Below are positions 39,053-49,863 of a DNA stretch of 64,000 nt, piece by piece. This DNA comes from Nanobdellota archaeon (GTDB taxonomy: Archaea; Nanobdellota; Nanobdellia; Parvarchaeales; Parvarchaeaceae), in NCBI GenBank assembly GCA_021794235.1, contig JAJYRE010000018.1, positions 3,441-67,440 of the forward strand. The letters are read 5' to 3'. Position numbers and translations under genes: made by a program. A model generated the notes under the pieces. It did not search any database, was not told the DNA's origin, and saw only the letters and a program-made list of their open reading frames with translations. Position 1 is the first letter of the stretch. Every line of letters begins with the position of its first letter.

Positions 39053-40078
39053 TCAAATTTTAGATATATAAGGATTAAGCTTCCTCCCCAGCAGTTTATC
39101 GATTTCTTTCAGACTGTGTTCGGATATGTCTTTAGGGAGTTCGGGCACTATGTCTATAACCAGCTTACCCCTCTTTCTTCTCTTGTCCGATAGTCCTTTG
39201 TTGTTCAGTATTATCTGATTTCCCGTGTTTTTTGTTATAGATATCTTTTCTTTTCCCCACGGTGCGCTGATATCTATGTCACAACCTCTTGCTATATCCC
39301 TCACATCAACGTGAAGTTTTGTCAAAAGATCCGTGCCGTGTATAGAAAATGAATCGTTTCCGATTATGTGCAATACAACATAAAGGTCTCCATCGTCCCC
39401 GTCCTGTACGGACTCTCCCTTTCCTTGGAGTACCACATAGTCCTCCTCTGCTATATCGCTTCTTATCGGTATTTCAAGGTCTTCCTTCTTGTTTATGAAC
39501 CCGCTGCCATTGCAAACGTTGCATTTTTTTACCACTGTGAAACCCCTACCTCTGCAGGCTTCGCAGATACCCATAGTTACAAACGTTGAATTAAACTGTC
39601 TAGAAGCCTTTCTGACACGGCCTGTACCGTTGCATTTTTCGCATTTAATGCGCTCTTTTGCACCGGTACCTTCGCACTCTCCGCATTTCGCACGCCTCAT
39701 TATATTGATCCGCCTGCTACTTTTGCTGAAAAGTTCATCAAGCGTTATTGTCAGATCATAGCGCAGGTCATCGCCCTTTGATTTAAATCCGAAATTCTTG
39801 AATATGTCGGAGAATCCACCGAAATTGAATATATCGCCGAAGTCCTCAAATCCGAAGCCTTCAGCGCCCTGACCGGCACTCTGACCCTGTCCTTTGTTGT
39901 TTATGGCTCTGTATGCCTCGTTTATCTCCTTGAATTTTTCCTCGGCCTGTTTATCGCCGTGATTAAGGTCCGGGTGATATTTTTTTGCTAGAGTCTTAAA
40001 GGCTTTCTTTATCTCTTCCTCTGAGGCACCTCTATTTACCCCTAAAATCTTGTAAGGATTCTTATCCATATTTTGCAT
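39053..40078 (-). CDS. dnaJ: chaperone DnaJ
   Basis: J domain with HPD and four CxxCxGxG repeats. Confidence 0.9.
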   Translation of the reverse strand: MQNMDKNPYKILGVNRGASEEEIKKAFKTLAKKYHPDLNHGDKQAEEKFKEINEAYRAINNKGQGQSAGQGAEGFGFEDFGDIFNFGGFSDIFKNFGFKSKGDDLRYDLTITLDELFSKSSRRINIMRRAKCGECEGTGAKERIKCEKCNGTGRVRKASRQFNSTFVTMGICEACRGRGFTVVKKCNVCNGSGFINKKEDLEIPIRSDIAEEDYVVLQGKGESVQDGDDGDLYVVLHIIGNDSFSIHGTDLLTKLHVDVRDIARGCDIDISAPWGKEKISITKNTGNQIILNNKGLSDKRRKRGKLVIDIVPELPKDISEHSLKEIDKLLGRKLNPYISKI

Positions 40079-40096
40079 TTACTTTCCCGGACTGGT

Positions 40097-41923
40097 TCAC
40101 GGACCCTGCTTATTGTCTTCTTCCGAACCGGTTGGATTATCCTCTTGTTTCTGAGCGGGGTTTTCCTTCTGAGAATAGATCTTAGTACCTATCCTATTTA
40201 TGACCTCTATAATCTTTTCCTTATCCTGATCAAGTACGGACTTGTCCAGACTCTCATTCTTCAAATCCTCTCTTATCTTTGTTATGATCTCTTCAGCGTC
40301 TTTCTTATCCTGCTCATCAAGTTTGTCCTTGAACTCATTAAGGGTTTTTTCCAGAGAGTATGACAATGAAGACATTTCATTTCTCAGCTCTATCTTTTCC
40401 TTGACCTGTTTATCGCGTTCTTCGTTCTCCTTGGCTTCCTGCATCATTTTATCTATCTGGTCTTTTGATAGCTTGTTCGGCGCGGATATTGTTATTTTCT
40501 GCGATTTTCCGGTTGCTTTATCCTGTGCCGATACGTTGAGTATTCCATTAGCGTCGATATCAAATGTAACCTCTATCTGAGGTATACCCCTAGGCGCAGG
40601 TGGTATGCCTTCCAGATTGAAACTGCCTAGGCCGATATTGTCCTTTGCCAAAGGCCTTTCTCCCTGCAATACGTTGATTGTTACACTGGTCTGATAATCG
40701 TCAGCTGTTGAGAACACCTTGCTGCTCTTGAGTGGTATTGTACTGTTGCGCTCTATTATAGGGGTCGATACACCACCGAGTGTCTCTATGCTAAGAGTAA
40801 GCGGTGTTACATCTAGCAGTACTATATCCTTTATATCACCGGCAAGAACTGCACCTTGTATCGCTGCGCCCATAGCAACAGCTTCCATAGGATCTACGCC
40901 GTGTTCTATCTTATCACCAAATATTTTGGTCAGGAAATTTTTGACGGAAGGCATACGGGTCGGCCCACCTATCAGAATTATCTTAGATATACCGTTGTTC
41001 TCCAGTTTAGCGTCCTTCAATACGTTGTTTATAGGTTCTCGTGAACGCTCTATTATGGGGTTAACCAGATTTTCCAGAGTAGCTCTAGAGATTTTTATCT
41101 CCAAGTTCTTTGGTCCATCGGAGGTTACGGTTATGTATGGGAGATTTATATCAGTTTCCAGAACAGTCGATAGTTCTATCTTTGCCTTCTCGGCTGCATC
41201 CCTTACCCTTTGCATCGCGACTTTGTCGTTCTTCAGGTCCAAACCTGTAGTCGACTTGAAATCGTTTACTATGTAATCTATAAGGGCATTGTCCATGTCA
41301 ACGCCACCGAGCTGTACGTCACCTGAAGTAGCGAGCACCTCAAATGTGCCACCGCTTATCTCCATTAATGTGACGTCCAAAGTTCCGCCGCCTAAGTCGT
41401 ATACGAGTATCTTTACTTCGTTGGATTTGTCAAGACCATAAGCCATCGCGGCTGCGGTAGGCTCATTTATTATCCTCACAACCTCGAGACCTGCGATTTC
41501 ACCTGCGTCTTTTGTCGCTTGTCTCTGATTGTCGTTGAAGTATGCCGGAACAGTTATAACTGCCTTCTTAACCGGCGAACCTAAAAATGCTTCCGCGTCC
41601 TTTTTTATCTTCTGGAGTATGAAGGCTGATATCTGCTGAGGCGTATAGCTCTTTCCACCCATAGTATAAGTAAAGTTTGTACCCATGTTTCTCTTTGCGG
41701 CGAATATTGTATTCTGAGGGTTTGAAACAGCCTGTCTTCTAGCCGGCTCCCCGACGAGTACTTGGTTGTCCTTTGTAAATGCCACAACCGAAGGGAACAT
41801 TTTACCGGCTACAGTTGCGCCCTCTGCGCTTGGTATTATTGTAGGCTTACCGGCTATAACAACCGCGGCCTGAGAATTCGATGTACCTAAATCTATTCCT
41901 ATTATCCTTTCCTTTTCTGTCAT
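40097..41923 (-). CDS. dnaK: chaperone DnaK (Hsp70)
   Basis: [18 protein letters not shown] motifs. 608 aa. Confidence 0.95.
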   Translation of the reverse strand: MTEKERIIGIDLGTSNSQAAVVIAGKPTIIPSAEGATVAGKMFPSVVAFTKDNQVLVGEPARRQAVSNPQNTIFAAKRNMGTNFTYTMGGKSYTPQQISAFILQKIKKDAEAFLGSPVKKAVITVPAYFNDNQRQATKDAGEIAGLEVVRIINEPTAAAMAYGLDKSNEVKILVYDLGGGTLDVTLMEISGGTFEVLATSGDVQLGGVDMDNALIDYIVNDFKSTTGLDLKNDKVAMQRVRDAAEKAKIELSTVLETDINLPYITVTSDGPKNLEIKISRATLENLVNPIIERSREPINNVLKDAKLENNGISKIILIGGPTRMPSVKNFLTKIFGDKIEHGVDPMEAVAMGAAIQGAVLAGDIKDIVLLDVTPLTLSIETLGGVSTPIIERNSTIPLKSSKVFSTADDYQTSVTINVLQGERPLAKDNIGLGSFNLEGIPPAPRGIPQIEVTFDIDANGILNVSAQDKATGKSQKITISAPNKLSKDQIDKMMQEAKENEERDKQVKEKIELRNEMSSLSYSLEKTLNEFKDKLDEQDKKDAEEIITKIREDLKNESLDKSVLDQDKEKIIEVINRIGTKIYSQKENPAQKQEDNPTGSEEDNKQGP

Positions 41924-42384
41924 ATAGAAACTTTCACCTTCGGATATCTTAATACTTTTCCATTAAGCTTATATCCAGACTGTATCTCTTCGATTATTTT
42001 TCCCGGTCCATCCTCGGATTTCCCGGTCAGTATGGCTTCGGCTATGTCTGGGGAGTATTCCTCTCCTACGACATTCATTCGTTCAAGCCCGTACGAAGAG
42101 AGCAGAGAGTTCAGTGACCTAAAGAGTGCATTAAGGTCATCATCCTTCTTTATCTTTAGCACACTTTCAAAATCATCTAGTACCTTGAGCATATTGAGCA
42201 TAAATTTCTCATTTGAGTTTCTTATATAGTCGGATATCTCCCGATCTTTGGCCTTTTTGTAGTTCTCTACCTCTGCCACCAGGTAGAGGTATTTTGATTT
42301 GTAGTCTTCAGTCTTATCAGAAACGGTTTGCGTTTCTGCGGACTCTCCATAATCATTTGAATCTTCAATTACATCTTCAACCAT
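41920..42384 (-). CDS. grpE: nucleotide exchange factor GrpE
   Basis: C-terminal [17 protein letters not shown]. 154 aa. Confidence 0.8.
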   Translation of the reverse strand: MVEDVIEDSNDYGESAETQTVSDKTEDYKSKYLYLVAEVENYKKAKDREISDYIRNSNEKFMLNMLKVLDDFESVLKIKKDDDLNALFRSLNSLLSSYGLERMNVVGEEYSPDIAEAILTGKSEDGPGKIIEEIQSGYKLNGKVLRYPKVKVSI

Positions 42385-42429
42385 AACAACTATCTCTAAT
42401 ACCTAAGAATGTCCTTTATAAAATGCTTA

Positions 42430-42882
42430 CTATTTTTTTGATTTCTTTGACGTAGTGTCGTGTTCGGTGTGCTCGCCGGACTCGTTTGTTGCCGAGACTT
42501 TTGGTAATGGGAGTATAGAAGGTAACTGCAGCATCTTAGCAACCGACATAGCTTCAAGTATGCTTATGTTTAGACTGGCCTGAAGTATTTCTTCGGTCAC
42601 GGAAGAATCCAATTTCTTTGATTCTACCCATGTATCATATACTTTATCCATGTTCTCGCCGGTGTATATAACGAATCCGCTTATAACAACCTTGCCGATT
42701 TCTTTAGACTCTTCTGCCGTAAAAGCAGCGTCAAACTTGAATTTGAACTTAAGTATCTTAAATCTTTCATCTTTCTCTACATCTGTTACCGTTATATTGT
42801 TGGATATACCGAACTGGGTCTCTGAAGGTATCTCGTCCTCCCTGTTCGCACTTACGTTAGTTATAAGGTAATTTATTATCAT
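42430..42882 (-). CDS. hypothetical protein upstream of the grpE-dnaK-dnaJ operon
   Basis: 150 aa with no motif recognised. Confidence 0.4.
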   Translation of the reverse strand: MIINYLITNVSANREDEIPSETQFGISNNITVTDVEKDERFKILKFKFKFDAAFTAEESKEIGKVVISGFVIYTGENMDKVYDTWVESKKLDSSVTEEILQASLNISILEAMSVAKMLQLPSILPLPKVSATNESGEHTEHDTTSKKSKK

Positions 42883-42995
42883 AGCACTCTAAGGAAGTTA
42901 CCTTATTTAAATGTTTCTTACTATTTGGGCTGTTGCTACCAATAATTAAAGTCGTTTACTAATTTTCCATGTTTTCCCAAAAACGCTAAGAAACA

Positions 42996-43211
42996 CTACC
43001 GAAAGACACTGAAGGCATTATCCCTTGGCTGATAGCAAAATATGCCGGACTGCCCGTATGAATTTACGGTCGAGTTATACGAATAATTTGAAAACACATA
43101 GGCAGTACTAGCGTGTGTTACATTAAAAGGAGGCATAAGCTGATCCCAATAGCTATTTGAGGTAATGGTTAAACCATTATTTACATGATATGAAAAATTA
43201 TATGTAGCCAA
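42996..43211 (-). pseudogene. possible remnant of a surface-protein gene (N/S/Y-rich 71-aa ORF)
   Basis: MATYNFSYHVNNGLTITSNSYWDQL...NYSYNSTVNSYGQSG has the composition of the surface proteins found elsewhere in the window. It is isolated in a gene-poor region. Confidence 0.2.
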
Positions 43212-43448
43212 ATAACCAAAATCTAAAATTTTCCACCCTTTCGGTAAGCAGTAAAACTGGGAATGCGAGATGACGGATATAAGGGACTACTTTAGACCAA
43301 GGCATTTCCATAGTAATAATTGGCTTTTTTATATAAACCTAAGTAACAATAATTTGTTATCTAGGTTAACACCAAAAAAGTGTCGTTTAACCCTAATTAA
43401 TAATGTTATTTCGATGAACCAAAATCGGAACTCAGAAAAAATAAAACT

Positions 43449-43497
43449 TCAATCCTGTTTATAGTGCCTTCGATAATGTTCCTGCTCCACAAGTATA
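43449..43497. repeat. direct repeat copy 1 (49 bp, 2 mismatches to 46619-46667)
   Basis: tcaatcctgtttatagtgccttcgataatgttcctgctccacaagtata. Confidence 0.85.
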
Positions 43498-43693
43498 GAT
43501 GATGATAGCGTATGAAGAAATGAACCTGGGGCATGAACGACCTCGTAGAGGTCCTCCGATAATATAAACAGCCCATGTATCACGTTCATCGTAAACTATG
43601 CCTATCACCTTAACCACTTTAAGCTTGTTAAGGTGGTGTTCGCTCATAAGATCCGAGACAAATATTATTATAGCTGGCAGTGCTAATCATTTA

Positions 43694-44356
43694 ATGGAGT
43701 ATAAGGGTTTGAAGATAGACTGGCTGCACCATGACTGTTTTAGAGTGTCTGGGAAGAGGGCAGTCATATATACGGATCCGTATAAGATAATTAAAAGATA
43801 CAACGATGCAGACATAGTTCTGATAACCCACGACCACTTTGATCACCTTAGTCTTGATGATATTGAAAAGGTTGTTAACGACAAGACTATCCTTGTTGCT
43901 CCAAAGGACTGCACGGGTAAATTAGATGAACTAAAAAACAGGAAGGTTTTTGTAGAACCGAACGAGATTAAGATAATTGGTGATGTGTCGATAAAGACCG
44001 TACCATCCTACAATACGAACAAATTCAGGGACGGAAAAGAGGTTTTTCATCCAAGAGATAAAGGAAACGTGGGGTATGTGTTCATGGTTGACGGAGTCAA
44101 AGTCTATATAGCAGGAGACACGGACCATATACCTGAGATGCAGGATATACGCACCGACATAGCGCTGCTGCCAGTCAGCGGAAAATACGTAATGACTGCC
44201 AAGGAAGCTGCTGAAGCTGCTGCCGATATAAATGCCGATGTCAGCATTCCTGCGCACTACGGCTCGGAAATAGGGGAAATGAAGGATGCCGAGCAATTCG
44301 TTAAACTTCTAAACGGACAGCTGACTGCAAAAATACTAAAATCGATAGATATTTAG
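43694..44356 (+). CDS. MBL-fold metallo-hydrolase
   Basis: THDHFDHL motif. The ORF track starts at 43598 but the internal Met (MEYKGLKIDWLHHDCF) is the more plausible start. Confidence 0.75.
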   Translation: MEYKGLKIDWLHHDCFRVSGKRAVIYTDPYKIIKRYNDADIVLITHDHFDHLSLDDIEKVVNDKTILVAPKDCTGKLDELKNRKVFVEPNEIKIIGDVSIKTVPSYNTNKFRDGKEVFHPRDKGNVGYVFMVDGVKVYIAGDTDHIPEMQDIRTDIALLPVSGKYVMTAKEAAEAAADINADVSIPAHYGSEIGEMKDAEQFVKLLNGQLTAKILKSIDI

Positions 44357-44398
44357 AGAAGAAACTACGCTTAAGGGTATTAGTGGAAATTTTATCGT

Positions 44399-46708
44399 AT
44401 GAACATTGATATCCGAAAACTTGGTAATTTTGTAGACGGGCATTATAAAGGGATAATACTTGCCTGGATTATAGTTTTTATCGTCTCAACATTCTTTGCA
44501 TCGCACCTGTTTAGCCTGATATCTTACAACATAACAAACTCCCCACAGAATTCTAGCGATAACAGCGTGCAGTTGGCAGTGATAGTCGGGAACAATATAT
44601 ACTCGAATAGCACAAGGTCGTTTTTCAGCGAAATATCCGGAGGGTTCACATACAGAAATATTACTTCGATATACTCGATAGAATACGGCGTTCTAAACTC
44701 GACTTACAACGAGATATCAAATATATCTAGACCTGCTCTGATGCAGGCGTATTCCAGATACAACCTTACCCCGGAAACTGTACCGGCTTACCTGAACGAA
44801 ACGATAATTGCAGGCGTTGCAAAAAACATACAATACGGGCTGAACTCCAGTGGACTGGTGCTTGAGAATAATTCGCTTTCGTTTATAGAGGGCGTAATCA
44901 AAGGATATACCAACTCGACTCCGAGGTATATAATTGACAATTATAATTTCTACAGATACCCTGTTGCACCCAATCAAAGTGCAACCTCAACCATTGTCAA
45001 TGGGAACCATAACACTACTATAGTTATAATAAACAATTCAAATTATTCATCTGTAAACGCATACATAAACAATGTTGCAAACCATTACAAACTCACACCT
45101 TACGTATCCGGCTCTACAGGATTGAGTTCAAACATAGAAACAGAGAGCAACAAAGGCACTATTCTGGCGATAATTATTGGGATAATAATGGTTATAGTGG
45201 TTACCGGGTTCATATTCAAGTCGCCGGTAGCGGCCTTTATACCGCTCATTATATTTGGTATAGATCTTACGATAGCATTTTCAATATTCTACGCCATTTA
45301 CAATTTCATACTTCACACTACTATATCGTTCTTCGATCCTGCACTTACGGCTATATTGATGCTCGGAATATCTACGGACTATCTTGTCTACATGCTTTAC
45401 AGGTTCAAGCAGGAGCTAAAGACAAACCATAGAGAAAGCGTAAAGGCGAGCGTAAGCGGGGCAGGATCCGCGATAGCGGTCAGTGGAATAACTGTAATCC
45501 TTGCGTATGTGATACTATCGATCTTCAACTTCCCATTCTTGGGCTCCACGGGTGTGCTGAACTCCATAGGGGTACTTATAGTACTTATATCAGCAGTAAC
45601 ACTGATGCCAGCCGTGCTCGTAGCATTCGGCAAGAAGATTTTCTACCCTAACATCAAGGGAGGAAAGAGCATTGAGGGGGCATTCAGAAGGATAGCAAAA
45701 TTTGACTATAGGAATAGATACGCGATAGTTATCGTCTTTACAGTAATAGTACTCCTGTCTGTATATCTTTTCGTGACATACAAGCCAGGAATGAACTTCC
45801 TCGGACTGCTGCCAAATTCGCAGGCCAAACAGGCGTTTTATGTTGCGACAAATAACTTTGGGTTTGACCCGCTGAGCCCTATAGTGATAAATTCTAGCAG
45901 TCTTGCGCATCAAGGTAATTCAAACATAACATACACTGTGAATACCACAAAAATCCTGGATGGGATAAATTCGATAAACGGTGTGGCGTTTTCAACGTTT
46001 TCCGGCTCGAATAATTCGTTTGAGATAACCGCTTATCTTAAGAACATGGGATTTACAACGGCCGCAACCGACACGTATACGAAAATGAACGACTACTTGG
46101 CTTCTCAAAATCTTAGTTATAACGTAACTGGACTCCAGGTTTTCCTCGGCAACTCCGCAAACAGCATGAATAGCTCTACACCCGTCCTTATACTGGCTTT
46201 GGGTGCGATGATATTCTTTGTACTGATGGCTCTGCTTATTTCACTGTATACACCGCTCAGGCTTGTGCTCCTCATAATATCAAATCTTATACTGGCCAAT
46301 GCCGTCACAATCATAATATTCCACTATCTTTTTACCCTCCCTTTTATATCAATAGCCCAGGTTTTCCTGATAAGTACAATTATGGGGGTCGGTGTAGACT
46401 ATGACATCTTCCTAGTAATGCGCGTAAGGGAGCACGTTAAAGCAGGCAAAAGCAGCCTGGAAGCTATAACAGAAGGCCTTGGGAAGAGCGGACCCGTAAT
46501 AGTCGCAATAGGTACCATATTTGCGATAGTATTTATGTCACTTGTTGCCACCGGAATACCCGTAATAGCCGAGATAGGGTTCATAGTCGCGATGGCGATA
46601 ATCATAGACTCGATATTATCAATCCTGTTTATAGTGCCTTCGATAATGTTCCTGCTTCACAAATATAATTGGTGGCCAGGCCTGAAGAGATATAGTCGAA
46701 AAGAATGA
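44399..46708 (+). CDS. MMPL/RND-superfamily membrane transporter
   Basis: 769 aa with an N-terminal TM, a large loop, a TM bundle, a second loop and a second TM bundle. The last ~15 codons form repeat copy 2. Confidence 0.8.
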   Translation: MNIDIRKLGNFVDGHYKGIILAWIIVFIVSTFFASHLFSLISYNITNSPQNSSDNSVQLAVIVGNNIYSNSTRSFFSEISGGFTYRNITSIYSIEYGVLNSTYNEISNISRPALMQAYSRYNLTPETVPAYLNETIIAGVAKNIQYGLNSSGLVLENNSLSFIEGVIKGYTNSTPRYIIDNYNFYRYPVAPNQSATSTIVNGNHNTTIVIINNSNYSSVNAYINNVANHYKLTPYVSGSTGLSSNIETESNKGTILAIIIGIIMVIVVTGFIFKSPVAAFIPLIIFGIDLTIAFSIFYAIYNFILHTTISFFDPALTAILMLGISTDYLVYMLYRFKQELKTNHRESVKASVSGAGSAIAVSGITVILAYVILSIFNFPFLGSTGVLNSIGVLIVLISAVTLMPAVLVAFGKKIFYPNIKGGKSIEGAFRRIAKFDYRNRYAIVIVFTVIVLLSVYLFVTYKPGMNFLGLLPNSQAKQAFYVATNNFGFDPLSPIVINSSSLAHQGNSNITYTVNTTKILDGINSINGVAFSTFSGSNNSFEITAYLKNMGFTTAATDTYTKMNDYLASQNLSYNVTGLQVFLGNSANSMNSSTPVLILALGAMIFFVLMALLISLYTPLRLVLLIISNLILANAVTIIIFHYLFTLPFISIAQVFLISTIMGVGVDYDIFLVMRVREHVKAGKSSLEAITEGLGKSGPVIVAIGTIFAIVFMSLVATGIPVIAEIGFIVAMAIIIDSILSILFIVPSIMFLLHKYNWWPGLKRYSRKE
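46619..46667. repeat. direct repeat copy 2 (inside 3' end of MMPL gene)
   Basis: tcaatcctgtttatagtgccttcgataatgttcctgcttcacaaatata. Confidence 0.85.
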
Positions 46709-46750
46709 ACAAAAAAGATTTATATACGCTAAATTAATTAAAATAAGATT

Positions 46751-47152
46751 ATGGCAAAAAGCACAGCACCTACGCTGAAAAAGAGAACCGGCGGATTTAA
46801 GGGAAAACTTAGGGATAAGAGGAAATACGAGAGTGTAGGCCTATCAGTACCGCTTCAGGTGGGTGAAAAGAGGATAAAGTCAGAAAGAACACTTGGTGGG
46901 AACTCAAAGGTTATATCTCTCCAGCTTAAAGAGGGAAACATGTACGATTCCGATTCTAAGAAGTTCACTAAAGTAGAACTTTTAAGAGTGGTAGAGAACA
47001 AATCAAACAGGTCATATGCCAGAAGAAACATAATAACTAAGGGGGCAGTAGTAGAGACGAATCAAGGCAAAGCGGTAGTGACCAACAGGCCCGGTAAAAG
47101 CGGACAAGTAACACTTCTAAAGTTTAAACCTGAGCAAAAAGAACTTAAATAA
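46751..47152 (+). CDS. rps8e: 30S ribosomal protein S8e (eS8)
   Basis: MAKSTAPTLKKRTGGFKGKLRDKRKYE N-terminus. 133 aa. Confidence 0.85.
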   Translation: MAKSTAPTLKKRTGGFKGKLRDKRKYESVGLSVPLQVGEKRIKSERTLGGNSKVISLQLKEGNMYDSDSKKFTKVELLRVVENKSNRSYARRNIITKGAVVETNQGKAVVTNRPGKSGQVTLLKFKPEQKELK

Positions 47153-47162
47153 GACGCTGCTA

Positions 47163-47948
47163 GTGAGTTATATCTGTTTAAGTATGGGTGTACTAAATAA
47201 GTTCGTGGACTTTATAAAAGGGGACAGAACGGTCAAGTCGATAAAGGAAAAAGACCATTACCTTACCATAACAGAAAATTTTAGCGATAGAAGCCTGAAG
47301 TTCAACGGTATAACTTATTCCAGACTAAATAACAATAGTATATACACCGGATCGTACTGGGACTATTTTACACCGCTGCCGTCACTGTATGAAAACCCTA
47401 GCATACTCATGATAGGGCTCGGAGGCGGGACCATATATCATCAGCTTAAAAAAATATATGGAAAAGATGTTGATATAAGAGTTGTTGAGATTAGTGAGAA
47501 GGTTATAAATCTGGCAGAGGATTTCCTCGGATACAATTTCAACAAAAGCGATATAATAGTGGACGACGGTTCGAAAGTTGTTAAGAGGGAAAAGGACAGA
47601 TACGATGTTGTAATACTTGATGCATACAATGAAACTTACATTCCGAAGGCATTCTTAACGGATAGTTTTATAGAAGACAGTTTTGAGGCACTGAAAGATA
47701 GCGGAATACTCGCCATAAACTTCGCACTAAGCGCAAAAAATATGATTTATTACAACAGGTACCTTAACATGCTCGGCAAACATTTTAAAGTTTATAGGAT
47801 TTCAAATGGAAACCTGCTAGGAAATGTTATAATACTATGCACAAAGAAGATGGATAAAAATGAGATAAACAAGAGAATACATGAAAGATATGAGAATGTG
47901 TCCGAAAATAAGCATGTTATTGATGGGTATCTTTCTATGAGAAACTGA
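47163..47948 (+). CDS. spermidine synthase-like (PABS family) aminopropyltransferase/methyltransferase fold protein
   Basis: IGLGGGTIYHQL and VVILDAYNETYIPKAFLT motifs resemble PABS. Confidence 0.6.
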   Translation: MSYICLSMGVLNKFVDFIKGDRTVKSIKEKDHYLTITENFSDRSLKFNGITYSRLNNNSIYTGSYWDYFTPLPSLYENPSILMIGLGGGTIYHQLKKIYGKDVDIRVVEISEKVINLAEDFLGYNFNKSDIIVDDGSKVVKREKDRYDVVILDAYNETYIPKAFLTDSFIEDSFEALKDSGILAINFALSAKNMIYYNRYLNMLGKHFKVYRISNGNLLGNVIILCTKKMDKNEINKRIHERYENVSENKHVIDGYLSMRN

Positions 47949-47951
47949 GAT

Positions 47952-48389
47952 TTAAACGTCAAGAACAACAGTAGCTGCAAAAAGATCATCTTTTTTCTTA
48001 ACTGAGAATCTGTGCATAGAGACTGCCTTCACATCTTCAATCAATGAATCGCCAAAGCTGGATATCTCATCGCCATTGGCATCTACATCCAATTTAAACA
48101 GCCCCCTCTCCTTTTTTACATCGAGCTTAAATTCCCCCAGCAGCAACATTTCCGAGTCCTTTATAAAAATCAGTTCAGACAAGAACTTGAATAGGAGGGA
48201 TTCTATATTTTCGGCTTCCAATGAAAATTTAAAGTTCCTGCCGAAAGCTTTGTGCTGTTTTTCCTTCAGATTAACCTGGACATTAAAAAGTGCCATTCCG
48301 CTGCTTGCGAGAAGCTCTTCAACGGTTTTGCCAGAGGCTTCAAACGCCATGTCTGCGCTAGTAATATCATCTAGGAACCTGTATGCCAT
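47952..48389 (-). CDS. archease
   Basis: 145 aa with an MAYRFLDDITSADMAFEASG N-terminus. Sits beside rtcB. Confidence 0.8.
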   Translation of the reverse strand: MAYRFLDDITSADMAFEASGKTVEELLASSGMALFNVQVNLKEKQHKAFGRNFKFSLEAENIESLLFKFLSELIFIKDSEMLLLGEFKLDVKKERGLFKLDVDANGDEISSFGDSLIEDVKAVSMHRFSVKKKDDLFAATVVLDV

Positions 48390-49843
48390 TATCCCTTTAT
48401 ATTTCCGATCGGACTAAATCTCGCGACTTTTCTGGATATGTCTAAATTATCTACTGTTTCGACTACGTCATCTACTTGTTTGTAAGCACCGCCTGCTTCC
48501 TCAGCAAGCCCTGAAAGTGACGCGCTGTCTACGTAGATCCTTCTCTTTAACATATTCTCTTTTATCACTTTTCCATCATACTCGCGCCTAGCCTGACTCC
48601 TGCTCATCACCCTCCCTGCACCGTGGACAGTCGAACAGAAAGTACTTTTAGCGCCTTCGCTACCTACAAGAAGAAAACTGGATGTTTCCATGCTGCCCCC
48701 GATAAGAACGGGTGAACCGAATTTTCTGTAGGCTGCTGGTATCTCCGGTCTGCCGGGATAATAGCTTGCGGTAGCACCCTTCCTGTGCACCAGTACCTGC
48801 TTTTCTCTGCTATCAAGCCGGTGTTTTTCCAGGGTCGCCCTGTTGTGAGCTACTTCGTATACCGTCTCCATACCAAGTTTTTCCGGGTCTTTCTTGAATA
48901 CCCTGCTGAAAACCTCATTGACTTTGCTGGCTATCACTTGCCTGTTTGCAAAAGAGATGTTAACACCGCACCCCATGGCCTTGTAATAATCCTGTCCATC
49001 ATTTGAGTAAAAAGGTGCGCATGCTAGTTCTCTATCCTCTATTTTTATCCCGTATTTGCTAGTCATCGAGCTTAGAAATGTCTGAAGGTAGTCAGTAGCT
49101 ATCTGATGGCCACCGCCTCTGGAGCCTGTATGGAACATGATGACCACCTGATTCTCAAACAGACCGAATTTATCTGCTGTTTTTTTATCAAAAATGTCAT
49201 TCTTCTTTATATATTGTATCTCCAGATAATGATTCCCCGAACCAAGTGTACCTATCTGCGACCTGCCTCTGGAGATCACCTTATTGGATATTTTTGAAGA
49301 ATCCGCCCAATCGGCCCTTCCGCCGAGTTCTATGTGTTTCAGGTCTTTCTTGGTGCCGAATCCCTTTTCTACGGCCCATACTGTACCTCCCTCTGCCATC
49401 TCCTTAAACTCTGTATCACTCAGTTTATACTTTGACGAAGCTCCGACACCGGAAGGCACCTCCTTAAAAAGACCGGTCACCAGCTCCTTTATCTTGTCAC
49501 GAACTTCGTCGTATATGAGATCGGTTTTGATAAGCCTTACCCCGCAGTTTATATCGAAGCCTATTCCACCAGGGGAGATTACACCGCCGTCATCTACATC
49601 GAAAGCGGCCACTCCTCCTATCGGAAACCCGTATCCGCTGTGCCCGTCCGGCATAACGTATGAGTAGTTTATTATCCCTGGCAGTGTAGCCACATTTGCC
49701 GCCTGTGTAAAAACCTGCTCGTCCATCTCGTCAAATATCCTTTTGGAGCCGAGTATGCGTATAGGGACTTTCATACCCTTTCTGAAACTTTTAGGTATCT
49801 CCCTGGTAAATTCATCTATCTTTTTTACAGATTTGGCTTCCAT
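48389..49843 (-). CDS. rtcB: tRNA-splicing ligase RtcB
   Basis: 484 aa with HTGSRGGGHQ and metal-binding His/Cys motifs. Confidence 0.95.
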   Translation of the reverse strand: MEAKSVKKIDEFTREIPKSFRKGMKVPIRILGSKRIFDEMDEQVFTQAANVATLPGIINYSYVMPDGHSGYGFPIGGVAAFDVDDGGVISPGGIGFDINCGVRLIKTDLIYDEVRDKIKELVTGLFKEVPSGVGASSKYKLSDTEFKEMAEGGTVWAVEKGFGTKKDLKHIELGGRADWADSSKISNKVISRGRSQIGTLGSGNHYLEIQYIKKNDIFDKKTADKFGLFENQVVIMFHTGSRGGGHQIATDYLQTFLSSMTSKYGIKIEDRELACAPFYSNDGQDYYKAMGCGVNISFANRQVIASKVNEVFSRVFKKDPEKLGMETVYEVAHNRATLEKHRLDSREKQVLVHRKGATASYYPGRPEIPAAYRKFGSPVLIGGSMETSSFLLVGSEGAKSTFCSTVHGAGRVMSRSQARREYDGKVIKENMLKRRIYVDSASLSGLAEEAGGAYKQVDDVVETVDNLDISRKVARFSPIGNIKG

Positions 49844-49863
49844 GTGCGAAATAAATATTAAAT

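Noticed and set aside
40719-41276. 185-aa plus-strand ORF
   Set aside because: Antisense to dnaK.
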